Below are positions 12,695 to 21,981 of a stretch of DNA of 64,000 nucleotides, piece by piece (position 1 is the first letter of the stretch; the number at the start of each line of letters is the position of its first letter). The translations under genes and the position numbers were made by a program. The notes beneath the pieces were generated by a model. It did not search any database. It saw only the letters and a list, made by a program, of their open reading frames with translations, and was not told the origin of the DNA. The DNA is from Azolla caroliniana. Its lineage: Eukaryota; Plantae; Polypodiophyta. The stretch lies in contig JBHGNT010000007.1 in the NCBI GenBank assembly GCA_043228905.1, positions 10,168,001 through 10,232,000 of the forward strand, in the 5' to 3' direction.

Positions 12695-13113
12695 TGTTGT
12701 TCTCTGACCGGACAAGGCCTAACACAAGGTGTCACGAAGACACTTCACCAAAGGGTGATTACGGCATAGGATTATGACTCAACGATTACACCGACTTAAG
12801 TAGGTTACACGATTAGAGCGCTTTTGTTAATTACACGCGTAAGATATAACAGTAATTACAGAACGGAAATCAACACAGAAGTATAAACACCATACGCTCT
12901 ATTAATTATCCGCTGCGATTACAATGGGGTTCGGGCCTTTAAATAGGTTTCCGGCCCGTAGTACAAAACGGTGCCTATCGCACCTATTCGGGATCCGTCC
13001 GGATCTGGAACGGCATACCGTTTCCAATCCGTCCGTCCACACTATGCTTATTTACAACCATACTTAATTAATTCCTTCACTCCGTATTTTGGACTCCTTG
13101 CCGGCCGGTAACA
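12695..13113 (-). repeat. A 3' LTR
   Basis: Direct repeat of 27870-28288; TATA-like CTATTTAAAGG on minus strand. Confidence 0.95.
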
Positions 13114-13115
13114 CA

Positions 13116-13153
13116 TGGCACGCCCGTGGGACAGTACCTTGTACGTCGAACCC
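13116..13153 (-). promoter_or_regulatory. tRNA-Arg-like 3'-end motif at the PPT position of A
   Basis: Minus strand reads GGGTTCGA-[CGTACAAGGTACT]-GTCCCACGGGCGTGCCA-TG-LTR. Confidence 0.8.
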
Positions 13154-13165
13154 TTCTCGGCCCCT

Positions 13166-15835
13166 TCATTGTTCACCCAAATTGTCCAAAATACTTTGTT
13201 CCAGAGTTTCCAATTGTTCTTCCGGTTGTGGTTGTTGCGGATGTGCTTGCTGCTGCTGTTGTGGTTGCGGTTGAGACTGAGACTGCTCCGGCTGCTCTAT
13301 AGGCGGCTGCTCCGTTTGTTTCTCTGACTCCGGCATCCCCGTTTGACTGCTTCCGGTCCGGTCTCCTTCCAGTAACGGTTCCTCATCACTGAGGTTGACC
13401 GTAACCGGTTCTCGTGCTTTCTCTTCCCGGATCCGGGACCTCTCGTAGCTTTCAAACTGGATCTGCGCCTCCAGCCTGTCGTCGTCTAGCTGAGCTACAA
13501 GTTGCCAGACTTGCCCTAGTTGGTCCTCTGCCAAGGCTTGAAAGTCTTCGGCCAGCTCATCTCTTATGCCGGTGAAGTCTTCGGAAGTCAGCATATAGCA
13601 ATCATCTCCCTCCTTCCGCCGGTTCTCTACGTCGGCCCGGAGCAATTGGAGTTCCGCCGCGTTCGTGGCCCACTTGGTCCACCATTTGACGGAACCGTTG
13701 TCAATCAAGCTCTTGGTCTGGTTCAACCAGGCCCGCATGATATCCTGGATGCGACTTGCTCCCATTTGCGCTCTACTTTCCACAACTTGTCGTTCCTCCT
13801 TCAACTGCTTGATGAGATTAGCCGTATCCTCCGCCTGCTCTCTGTAGCACGTCAGTTGCCCTTGATATGTTGTTTGCAGCCTCTGCAGTACCTCCGCCGC
13901 TCTTTCTTTTTCCGCCTGCTGTTGCCTGAGGAGCTCTGTCCGAACCTTCTTCGCCTCTTCCAACCGTCTTCTGGTTTCCACTTGTTCATTAGCGTATGCC
14001 GTTGCGGTCCGATCAACTGCTTGCCGGAGCTCATCCGTCCATTCCTTGTGCTCCGTTTGCAACCGTTTATACTCCCGGTGCAAGTGCTCAAATTCCTCCG
14101 TTTTTTGTTTGAGCTTGCCGTTGATCTGGCGATGGTTCCGGTCCTCCCGGTCCTTTAGCTGCCGGAGTTCCTCTTTCAGGCGCTCTACTTCTGTTTCGGC
14201 GTTTCTCTGGAGCTTGTCCTTCTCTTGCAGCATTTTCTCCTTCTCCTCCTTGAGCCGGTCGTACGCTTGGTGGCCTTTTCGTAAGCTCTCCTCGGCCCGG
14301 CGTAGATTCTCAGCAGTCTTTTTAAGTTCTGCCTCCGCTGCCGTCTTCAACTCTCTTTCGCGGCTCCTCAGCGCTTCTTGGGCAGCTAGCTCATCCTTTA
14401 AGTCCGCAAGCTCTTGGGCTTGTGCCGCATTTCTCTCCGGAACGGTTTCCGTTGCCGGGGTCTGATTGCTATGTACAGGTTGATCTGACGCTTTATTCTG
14501 TACATTGCCCGGAGTCACCGGTGCTTGGACTTGTGTTGTCAAAGCCAATTGAGCCATTTCCCTTGTGACCCTGTCCAAGTCTTGTTCAAGGCTCCGGATT
14601 CTGGACCGGGCCATCTCTAGATCTACGATTGTGACGAGCAACCGTTCGTGGTGCGCTCTTTCCTCCGCCTCTATGTACTCGACCGCTCCGGCGATCTGCT
14701 CGCCTACCCACCGTAGCCACATGCTACTAGTGCCTTGCTGTTGTACTGGTCGGGTCGGCTCGTTCACTGTGGAATTGTCTGGCCTGAGTGCCTGTATCTG
14801 CCGTTCTGGTTCTACTCCTTGGCCGCTGTGTGCGCTGGCTGGGCTCGCCGGCTGTTGAGTTCCGGTTCTCGCCGTCTCCGGAGCCGTTGGAATGACTTCT
14901 TGTATAGAAGTCGACAAGGCCGGTTCTATACGCACCGGTTCCGGTTCCTCCCTTGTGGTTTGCTCAGGTTGAGTTGGGGGCGTTTCTTCCTTTTGCGGGT
15001 CCGAACGCTCCCCCGATGTCCCGGCGGTCCTACTTCTTGACCGTCGTTGGAGGTGCTCTATTGGCTCCTCCGTTTCCTCTTCCTGGGTAACGGCATGTAT
15101 CTGTGCCGTCAAGGGTTCCGGTTCCTTCTGTCCCGGTCGCCGTATGGTTATCTTAACGGGTAGGACCGGTGACACCTCCTCCGGTTCTGGGAGCCGTTTC
15201 TTCCCTTTCGTCGCCTTCGACGCCAGCAGCTGTTGTCGTTTGGACGCGGCCTTCAAGGTGCTTCCTTTCGATAATCTTGGCCGCTTCTTTGGCTGAACGG
15301 TCTCGACCAGCGGCACGAGCAATGTTATCCACTGAGCTACGGCATGCCACAGCTTCCGGCCCTCCTTGCCGTCCTTTCCTCGTACCATGTCGATTGTCGC
15401 GCACAAACCGTCTGCAATCAACACAGGCCAGTCCACCTTGATCCCTTCATAGGTGGCTATGATCATCCCTGCCCGATTTTTTGGCATGACAGGGGGTCGG
15501 GGGTACACGTGGCCGTACTCATGGAGCACTCGAGCTATCTCCCTGAATAGCGGATCTTCGCCGCCCTGCGTTCGATAGCCTTTGCCGGCTAGAGAGTACT
15601 CACCGAAATATCGGATGAGTTGCTCCGAGGTTGGGTTATCGATCTGAAAAATACCTCCCTCCGGAAGGCCTGTTAGCGCACGGATCGCTTCCTCGGTGAT
15701 GACTTCTGTGTCGAGCTCCTTGATGACCCGGTCGGCTTCTTTGTGCGGTGGTGCCTCCATGATGGTCAAGAACCCATCCAGTCCGTGTTGCCTGAGCCAT
15801 TTCCTGGCCGCTTCCGACAGCGTTTGTGGGTCCAT
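13166..15835 (-). CDS. Accessory 889-aa protein of element A (globular N-terminus, disordered linker, long coiled coil)
   Basis: Intact ORF in sense orientation downstream of pol; homologous pieces in G0 (EGDKVDWGII vs EGIKVDWPVL; LRADAENRRKEG vs LRADVENRRKEG). Confidence 0.85.
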   Translation of the reverse strand: MDPQTLSEAARKWLRQHGLDGFLTIMEAPPHKEADRVIKELDTEVITEEAIRALTGLPEGGIFQIDNPTSEQLIRYFGEYSLAGKGYRTQGGEDPLFREIARVLHEYGHVYPRPPVMPKNRAGMIIATYEGIKVDWPVLIADGLCATIDMVRGKDGKEGRKLWHAVAQWITLLVPLVETVQPKKRPRLSKGSTLKAASKRQQLLASKATKGKKRLPEPEEVSPVLPVKITIRRPGQKEPEPLTAQIHAVTQEEETEEPIEHLQRRSRSRTAGTSGERSDPQKEETPPTQPEQTTREEPEPVRIEPALSTSIQEVIPTAPETARTGTQQPASPASAHSGQGVEPERQIQALRPDNSTVNEPTRPVQQQGTSSMWLRWVGEQIAGAVEYIEAEERAHHERLLVTIVDLEMARSRIRSLEQDLDRVTREMAQLALTTQVQAPVTPGNVQNKASDQPVHSNQTPATETVPERNAAQAQELADLKDELAAQEALRSRERELKTAAEAELKKTAENLRRAEESLRKGHQAYDRLKEEKEKMLQEKDKLQRNAETEVERLKEELRQLKDREDRNHRQINGKLKQKTEEFEHLHREYKRLQTEHKEWTDELRQAVDRTATAYANEQVETRRRLEEAKKVRTELLRQQQAEKERAAEVLQRLQTTYQGQLTCYREQAEDTANLIKQLKEERQVVESRAQMGASRIQDIMRAWLNQTKSLIDNGSVKWWTKWATNAAELQLLRADVENRRKEGDDCYMLTSEDFTGIRDELAEDFQALAEDQLGQVWQLVAQLDDDRLEAQIQFESYERSRIREEKAREPVTVNLSDEEPLLEGDRTGSSQTGMPESEKQTEQPPIEQPEQSQSQPQPQQQQQAHPQQPQPEEQLETLEQSILDNLGEQ

Positions 15836-15836
15836 G

Positions 15837-15969
15837 TGTCAGGAACTCTATTAAGGCAGAGAAGGAATTAGTACTAAAAGAAGGATTAGTACTATTGTTG
15901 GGGAATAGTACTAAGACAGAGAAGGATTAGTACTATGAGAGGTGTCGAACTTTGAGAGAAGGAATGAGT

Positions 15970-16011
<42 letters not shown>

Positions 16012-16301
16012 TGATGCGAAAGATATATGTATTATATGACGGAAGATATACAACAGTAGTTAGAAGGCTTAAGACTGGCGTTGAACCGATTTGGTTCGAA
16101 CTAATGCCTTGCGCCTCCTTTTATAGTGTCTTCAGGAATACTCCTGAAGTTTCTAGAATGTTCCAGAGAAATCTGGAATATACATCAATTTCCTAATAAA
16201 ACCTAAATGAAAATAATATCCTTCAAATTACAACTCATAACCTAATGGTAAAGTCTCGACCCGTGTAACAAAAGGTTATGGGTTCGAGTCTAGTTATGAC
16301 A
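15837..16301 (-). repeat. Chromovirus 3' LTR
   Basis: Direct repeat of 21138-21602 including equal-length (GA)n tract. Confidence 0.97.
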
Positions 16302-19300
16302 CTATCCCCCCTTTAAAACGACGAGTTTCACGAGTCGTTTTGGATTGAGGACCCGGTTTCTCGGGATATCGTCGATGGAAGTCTTCTAGAAGAGCACGAG
16401 CATTGGTCACATTCTCGATCGGTTCCCAAGTACGCTCGCTGGGACTATATCCTAGCCAATCGACTAGATAGTAGAGCTTGTTGCGAACAATCTTGGAATC
16501 GAGGATGGCAGCGACCTCATACTCAGGTCCATCTTCGAGCTCGATAGGAGGTGGAGGTTGTATAGTACGTCCTGGGATAGTGCTCTCGTGATAGGGTTCG
16601 AGGAGAGAACTATGAAACACCGGGTGTATCCGAAGTTGCGGAGGTAGCTCGAGACGAAAAGCGACATCATTAATCTTCCCGATAATACGGAAAGGACCTA
16701 ATCGTCGATAATCCAACTTCTCACATGGGCGAGTAGTCTTGATGTGTCGTCGTAGCAGCCACACCCGATCTCCAACGTTAAAACTGGATGGAAGTCGATG
16801 ACGATCTGCGTAGTCCTTGTGTGATTGTTGAGCTTGCTGGAGTTGAGTAGATAAATCCGCTTGTATCTTGCGTAACCGCTCCAAACGATCCTCCGCGTAA
16901 GGATTTGTGGACACTTCTGGGGTTTCAAGGACACACCACCGGGGATGATATCCCGTATAAGCGTAGAATGGCGTGACTTTAGTCGATGCGTGGATAGCGT
17001 TATTATAGGCAAATTCGGCGAACGGAAGAATATCTGCCCAGTCATTCTGATGATAGTTGAGAAAGCACCGCAGATACTGCTCCAGTGTTTGATTTGTTCG
17101 TTCGGCTTGACCGTCGGTTTGTGGGTGGTAGCCGGAGGAGAGGTTACAAGTGACCTTCAGCATTTTAAAAAGGTGCTTCCAGAATTTTGACACAAACTGG
17201 GGTCCACGATCGCTGATGATATTATCAGGGAGTCCATGATGCCGACATACTTCCCGCATGACAATTTCGGCGGTGTCTTCACTAGATATTTCTTTAGTAC
17301 ATGGTAAGAAATGAGCCATCTTCGTATATCGATCCACCACTGTGAGAATCGCACTGAATCCCTTAGAGACTGGAAGATCTGTAATGAAGTCAAGAGCAAT
17401 GGATTGCCATGGCTTGCTTGGAATTGGTAATGGTTCTAATAAACCATATGGATGATGTCTTGGCATTTTCGCTCTGCAGCATGTATCGCAAGTCCGAACA
17501 AAATCTTCGACAAATTGTCGCATACGGGGCCACCAGAATGATCGTTGTACTAAATCTAATGTTTTAGTACTACCAAAATGTCCTGCTGTATATGTGTCAT
17601 GGCAGTTTTGTACTACTCGAAGGCGGCAAGAACCATTAGGAACATACAAAAGTTCTTTAAAGAAGAGTAATCCATCACAGTATTTGAATTGCCGATAATC
17701 CGTACCTGGTGATTGTGATTGTGAACATGACGCTCGAGAGGGGTCAATTTGTGCTAGTATAGCTTGGGCGAAAGCGTCAGTCTTCAAGTCCTCACGTATA
17801 GTATTGGTAATGTCGGAATCCACGGGCATGTCAAAGATCTGTGCTGCTTGCAGTCGTGCTGGACCCAAGATTACTTGCTTCTGGTTATCGAAAGCTGGCT
17901 CACCGGGACGTGGTGTTAGATACGAACGCCGTGATAATGCATCTGCCTTCCCTTGGTGCTTCCCCGGACGATATGTAATTTTGAAGTCGAAGCGTGTGAG
18001 GAAATGGGCCCACCGAGCTTGACGTCGATTCAGTACACGAGCATCTTGAAAGTAGGCAAGGTTCTTGTGGTCACTGAATACAGTGACCTGATGAGGAGAT
18101 CCCTCCAGGAAATGCCTCCATTGCATAAAAGAATCAACTATTGCTAATAGCTCTTTATCATGAATTTCGTAGTTGATTTCGGCGGCGTCAAACTTACGGG
18201 AGTGGAAAGCCACAGGATGTAGCTTCTCGTCGTTACCCTGTTGTGACAGAATGCTCCCCAATGCGAAATCCGATGCATCAGCTTCGATAATGAATGGTTT
18301 TTCCGGATCCACATGACCTAAAATTGGAGCTGATGTAAACGCCTTCTTAAGACTCTCGAAAGCCATGTCCGTCTCTTTAGACCAAATGAATGATTGTCCC
18401 TTCCTGGTGAGCTGTGTGAGAGGCAGCACAATTTTTGAGTAATTTTGTATGAACTTCCGGTAGAAATTTGCAAAGCCTAGGAAGCATTGCACATCCCGCA
18501 CCGAACGCGGAGTGTGCCATTCTATCACCGTTTTGACCTTGGCTGGGTCCATAGATATGCCTTCTGAGGAGATGACATAGCCGAGAAACTCCACTTGGTT
18601 GCACCCGAAACTACATTTCTCTAACTTTGCATACAGACCATGTTCTCGAAGTCGTTTTAGTACTAATAGTACATGAGAATCATGTTCTTCTTGGGTCTTT
18701 GAATAAACCAGTAGATCATCCAAATAGATGATCAAAAAATCATCCAAGAGGTCTCGAAATATATCATTCGCCATGTGCTGGAAGACTGCCGGCGCATTAG
18801 TGAGTCCGAACGGCATGACCGTATACTCGAAGTGCCCATATCTGGTGCGAAACGCGGTCTTCCATTCATCTCCTGGTCGGATCCGTACGAGGTTATAGGC
18901 TCCTCGTAAGTCGATCTTCGTGAAGAACCTGGCACCGTTGATCCGTTCTAAAAGACTTGAGATAAGGGGAAGAGCATACCTATTTCTTACTGTGACCTTA
19001 TTCAAGCCACGGTAATCTACAACGAGTCGAAGCGAGCCATCTTTTTTCTTGACGAAGAAAATGGGTGCGCCGGCTGGAGATTTCGAATGCCGAATGAAAC
19101 CGTTCTCCAAATTCTCCTCTATATAGGCTCGAAGGACTTCTAGCTCGGTTGGTGACAAATTGTAGATCGGCCCCCATGGCGGCTCTTTTCCCGGTTGTAA
19201 GTCGATGGCGCAGTCGTACGGCCGATGATGAGGAAGTGTGTTGGCTTGTACTTTATCGAACACATCAGCATACTTACGATACTTCTCGGGAAGTTGAACG

Positions 19301-19890
19301 GTGGACTCCTCTTTGGTGGTGCTGGAGGGTTGTACTGATATTGCAAAGAGAAACATTTCCTCCTTGCGCCCTTCCTCACGCAACTGACGTAGCGAAATGG
19401 TTGCAACCTTCTGGGTAGATCCTTGGGTTTGTCGCAACCGGATTTCCCTTGTCCTCCAATCTATGTCTGGGTCATGTAACTCGAACCATGGTAATCCTAA
19501 AACTATGGGATGTTCTGGAATACTAATAATATTAAATGATACTACACATGTTAAGTTATCTAGGACAATATTAACGGGTTCCGACTCTTCTATGATATTA
19601 CCAGAAGCAATGGGACGACCATCAATGACTACTACTGAGGCTGGACATGGGAGCTTTCTTAGAGATATCTGATGAGCTCGGGCAAAATTCCTATCCATGA
19701 AGCAAGAATTAGCTCCGGAATCTAGAAGGGCTAAGGTATGTACTGGAGGGGTACTTTTAGTACTAACTGCTACTTGGACTACGAACACATCACTAACTTG
19801 CTTAGAGGGAATGGAACCACTAATGGGCTGCACAGATCTAGGGCTGTCCAACCAAACGGCTCCTATTTTGGCTGGACTTAGTCGTTTAAC
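16294..19890 (-). CDS. pol: Chromovirus Pol (PR-RT-RH-IN-chromodomain), entered by -1 frameshift
   Basis: LLDSGA, YLDDLL, EADASD, HPQTDGQAER, GPF, EYEVAAILDSK...VDWLGY...TWEP; frame open back to the slippery site. Confidence 0.95.
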   Translation of the reverse strand, partial: VKRLSPAKIGAVWLDSPRSVQPISGSIPSKQVSDVFVVQVAVSTKSTPPVHTLALLDSGANSCFMDRNFARAHQISLRKLPCPASVVVIDGRPIASGNIIEESEPVNIVLDNLTCVVSFNIISIPEHPIVLGLPWFELHDPDIDWRTREIRLRQTQGSTQKVATISLRQLREEGRKEEMFLFAISVQPSSTTKEESTVQLPEKYRKYADVFDKVQANTLPHHRPYDCAIDLQPGKEPPWGPIYNLSPTELEVLRAYIEENLENGFIRHSKSPAGAPIFFVKKKDGSLRLVVDYRGLNKVTVRNRYALPLISSLLERINGARFFTKIDLRGAYNLVRIRPGDEWKTAFRTRYGHFEYTVMPFGLTNAPAVFQHMANDIFRDLLDDFLIIYLDDLLVYSKTQEEHDSHVLLVLKRLREHGLYAKLEKCSFGCNQVEFLGYVISSEGISMDPAKVKTVIEWHTPRSVRDVQCFLGFANFYRKFIQNYSKIVLPLTQLTRKGQSFIWSKETDMAFESLKKAFTSAPILGHVDPEKPFIIEADASDFALGSILSQQGNDEKLHPVAFHSRKFDAAEINYEIHDKELLAIVDSFMQWRHFLEGSPHQVTVFSDHKNLAYFQDARVLNRRQARWAHFLTRFDFKITYRPGKHQGKADALSRRSYLTPRPGEPAFDNQKQVILGPARLQAAQIFDMPVDSDITNTIREDLKTDAFAQAILAQIDPSRASCSQSQSPGTDYRQFKYCDGLLFFKELLYVPNGSCRLRVVQNCHDTYTAGHFGSTKTLDLVQRSFWWPRMRQFVEDFVRTCDTCCRAKMPRHHPYGLLEPLPIPSKPWQSIALDFITDLPVSKGFSAILTVVDRYTKMAHFLPCTKEISSEDTAEIVMREVCRHHGLPDNIISDRGPQFVSKFWKHLFKMLKVTCNLSSGYHPQTDGQAERTNQTLEQYLRCFLNYHQNDWADILPFAEFAYNNAIHASTKVTPFYAYTGYHPRWCVLETPEVSTNPYAEDRLERLRKIQADLSTQLQQAQQSHKDYADRHRLPSSFNVGDRVWLLRRHIKTTRPCEKLDYRRLGPFRIIGKINDVAFRLELPPQLRIHPVFHSSLLEPYHESTIPGRTIQPPPPIELEDGPEYEVAAILDSKIVRNKLYYLVDWLGYSPSERTWEPIENVTNARALLEDFHRRYPEKPGPQSKTTRETRRFKGGIVS
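19846..19890 (-). promoter_or_regulatory. -1 ribosomal frameshift signal
   Basis: G_TTA_AAC, 6-nt spacer, 11-bp stem GTCCAGCCAAA/TTTGGTTGGAC; pol is in the -1 frame relative to gag. Confidence 0.8.
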
Positions 19891-21047
19891 TCTTCTTCTA
19901 ATTGGCTAAGGACATCAAATTTGTTTGCGAGATTCGGACTATTAGTACTATTAGGACTATTATGACTATGAGGATTATCAGAGATTCCTACTGACATAGA
20001 CTCGGGTTTAGTATAGTCAGAACTAACAATGACTTGGTTTACCTGCCTTCTTGGTCTGTGGGGACAGTTTATCGCGATATGCCCTGGTCCACCGCAATAA
20101 AGGCATAATCGGTTTGTTCGGCGTCGTTGCTTTTCCTCCTCCGATAGCGGCCCACGACGACGTGTAGTGTCAATTTCCATTGGAGTTGGAGTACTTACTG
20201 GAGGCGCATTATGTGACTCCCTTTGAAAAGGTTTCGCTACCATTGAGGCATAGGTAGGCTCGGATCTTGCCCTCGGCATCTGAAATTGTCGTTCCGAACG
20301 TCGCTCGAAGAGGCGGTTGTCACATCTGACCGCTCGACTGATTGCTTCTGTTAATGATTTTGGCTCTTCAGGGAAAGTCAAGAGTAAATCCTTGACATCG
20401 TTGCGTAGACCATAGCGGAACTGCTCCATCAATGCTTGATCATCCCAGGGGATATCGGCGGCGAGTAGGCGGAAATCTGCAGCATATGCGGAGGCTGGAC
20501 GGTCACCTTGGCGTAATCGCCGGATTTTGTTGATTGCAGTCCTTATGCTGTCAGTATCTCCAAAACATGCTTTAAACTCACTTATGAATTCTTCAAAATT
20601 ATTTAGTACTGGAGATTCCTTTTCTAGTAGCGGTGCGAACCATGCTAATGCTGAGCCAGTTAACAACGTGCCTACTAAACCCACTCGTGATGCATCGGTG
20701 GGATATCGGGACGGATGCATTTGAATAACTAACCGTACCTGGTTAAGAAACCCTCTAAACTGCGATCGCGTTCCATCGAACTTCGTGGGAAGGCCAATCT
20801 TGGGTTCTTTATGAATCCCTTGTGCTCCGTGCCCTTGTTGTTGCATTGCTACGATGGTTGCTTCGAGTTGTTGCACGCGTAACGCAAGTTCCCCATGCTG
20901 TTGTTGTGTTTGCTGCTTTTCTAAGGAAATTTGCTGAAGATCCCCCAACAAGCGTTGATTTTCTTGTTCCAAAGCATGAAACTTCTCTTTCAAGCATTGA
21001 AATTCCGAGAAAACGGATTGATACTCTTCAGCGCTAACGGTGGCCAT
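19878..21047 (-). CDS. gag: Chromovirus Gag
   Basis: N-terminal coiled coil, PTKFDG capsid motif, CLYCGGPGHIAINC knuckle. Confidence 0.95.
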   Translation of the reverse strand: MATVSAEEYQSVFSEFQCLKEKFHALEQENQRLLGDLQQISLEKQQTQQQHGELALRVQQLEATIVAMQQQGHGAQGIHKEPKIGLPTKFDGTRSQFRGFLNQVRLVIQMHPSRYPTDASRVGLVGTLLTGSALAWFAPLLEKESPVLNNFEEFISEFKACFGDTDSIRTAINKIRRLRQGDRPASAYAADFRLLAADIPWDDQALMEQFRYGLRNDVKDLLLTFPEEPKSLTEAISRAVRCDNRLFERRSERQFQMPRARSEPTYASMVAKPFQRESHNAPPVSTPTPMEIDTTRRRGPLSEEEKQRRRTNRLCLYCGGPGHIAINCPHRPRRQVNQVIVSSDYTKPESMSVGISDNPHSHNSPNSTNSPNLANKFDVLSQLEEELND

Positions 21048-21122
21048 GGGATGAAGGAAAAGGGAAATAAGAGACTAGTAGGAAAGGAGAGAGACAGAAG
21101 GAAGAGGGAGACTAGTAGGAGG

Positions 21123-21135
21123 CAAATCGGTTCAA
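21123..21135 (-). promoter_or_regulatory. Self-priming PBS
   Basis: TTGAACCGATTTG is complementary to LTR 21382-21394, whose start lies 32 nt downstream of the TATA box at 21420-21426. Confidence 0.8.
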
Positions 21136-21137
21136 AC

Positions 21138-21270
21138 TGTCAGGAACTCTATTAAGGCAGAGAAGGAATTAGTACTAAAAGAAGGATTAGTACTATTGTT
21201 GGGGAATAGTACTAAGACAGAGAAGGATTAGTACTATGAGAGGTGTCGAACTTTGAGAGAAGGAATGAGT

Positions 21271-21312
<42 letters not shown>

Positions 21313-21602
21313 TGATGCGAAAGATATATGTATTATATGACGGAAGATATACAACAGTAGTTAGAAGGCTTAAGACTGGCGTTGAACCGATTTGGTTCGA
21401 ACTAATGCCTTGCGCCTCCTTTTATAGTGTCTTCAGGAATACTCCTGAAGTTTCTAGAATGTTCCAGAGAAATCTGGAATATACATCAATTTCCTAATAA
21501 AACCTAAATGAAAATAATATCCTTCAAATTACAACTCATAACCTAATGGTAAAGTCTCGACCCGTGTAACAAAAGGTTATGGGTTCGAGTCTAGTTATGA
21601 CA
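21138..21602 (-). repeat. Chromovirus 5' LTR
   Basis: Direct repeat of 15837-16301. Confidence 0.97.
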
Positions 21603-21981
21603 CCATGTCTGCTTCGAGGTCGAGGAAAGATGGCGAGGTAGAGTGGTGATGAGAGTGAGAGCGAGAGAGCGAGAGTTCCGAACGTGGGGGTTCTCTGAGT
21701 GCAGGTTCGCGTCTGATAAGCTTCCACTGCCTTGGTGCTTCTGTGCTTCTTGGCTCGCGAAATGAAAAGGTCTCCATGCGTTCTGCTTTTTCTCTGTGCG
21801 TCTTGGCGCCTTTTCCGAGCATGCGCACGTCGTGTACCAATTTAGTATTAAGTAACGTGGCGGCTCTTAAATGCCCACTACGTACCTTTTCGCTCCTTGC
21901 TTTCACGTCCGTTCATACCTCGATTTTTAATGATTTTTTATTTATTTATTTATTTTTTTCTTTTAATGACGGTATGTGATC

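Larger units (their letters stand above)
15837..21602 (-). mobile_element. Intact chromovirus (Tcn1/Tf1-like Ty3/Gypsy)
   Basis: 465-bp LTRs 15837-16301 and 21138-21602 with no difference seen, TSD CCATG, intact gag and pol with chromodomain, PPT AAAGGGGGGATAG 16302-16314. Confidence 0.97.

Noticed and set aside
13116-13153. A real tRNA gene
   Set aside because: Only the 3' part is present, it includes CCA, and it is interrupted by a hairpin; there is no D or anticodon arm
13166-15835. Host SMC/myosin-like gene or true envelope gene
   Set aside because: It lies inside LTRs with a homolog at the same position in G0; no ATPase motifs or evident transmembrane segment
12690-15836. Shared CATG in the TSDs of A and the chromovirus
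   Set aside because: Two unrelated integrases with one site each; compatible with chance
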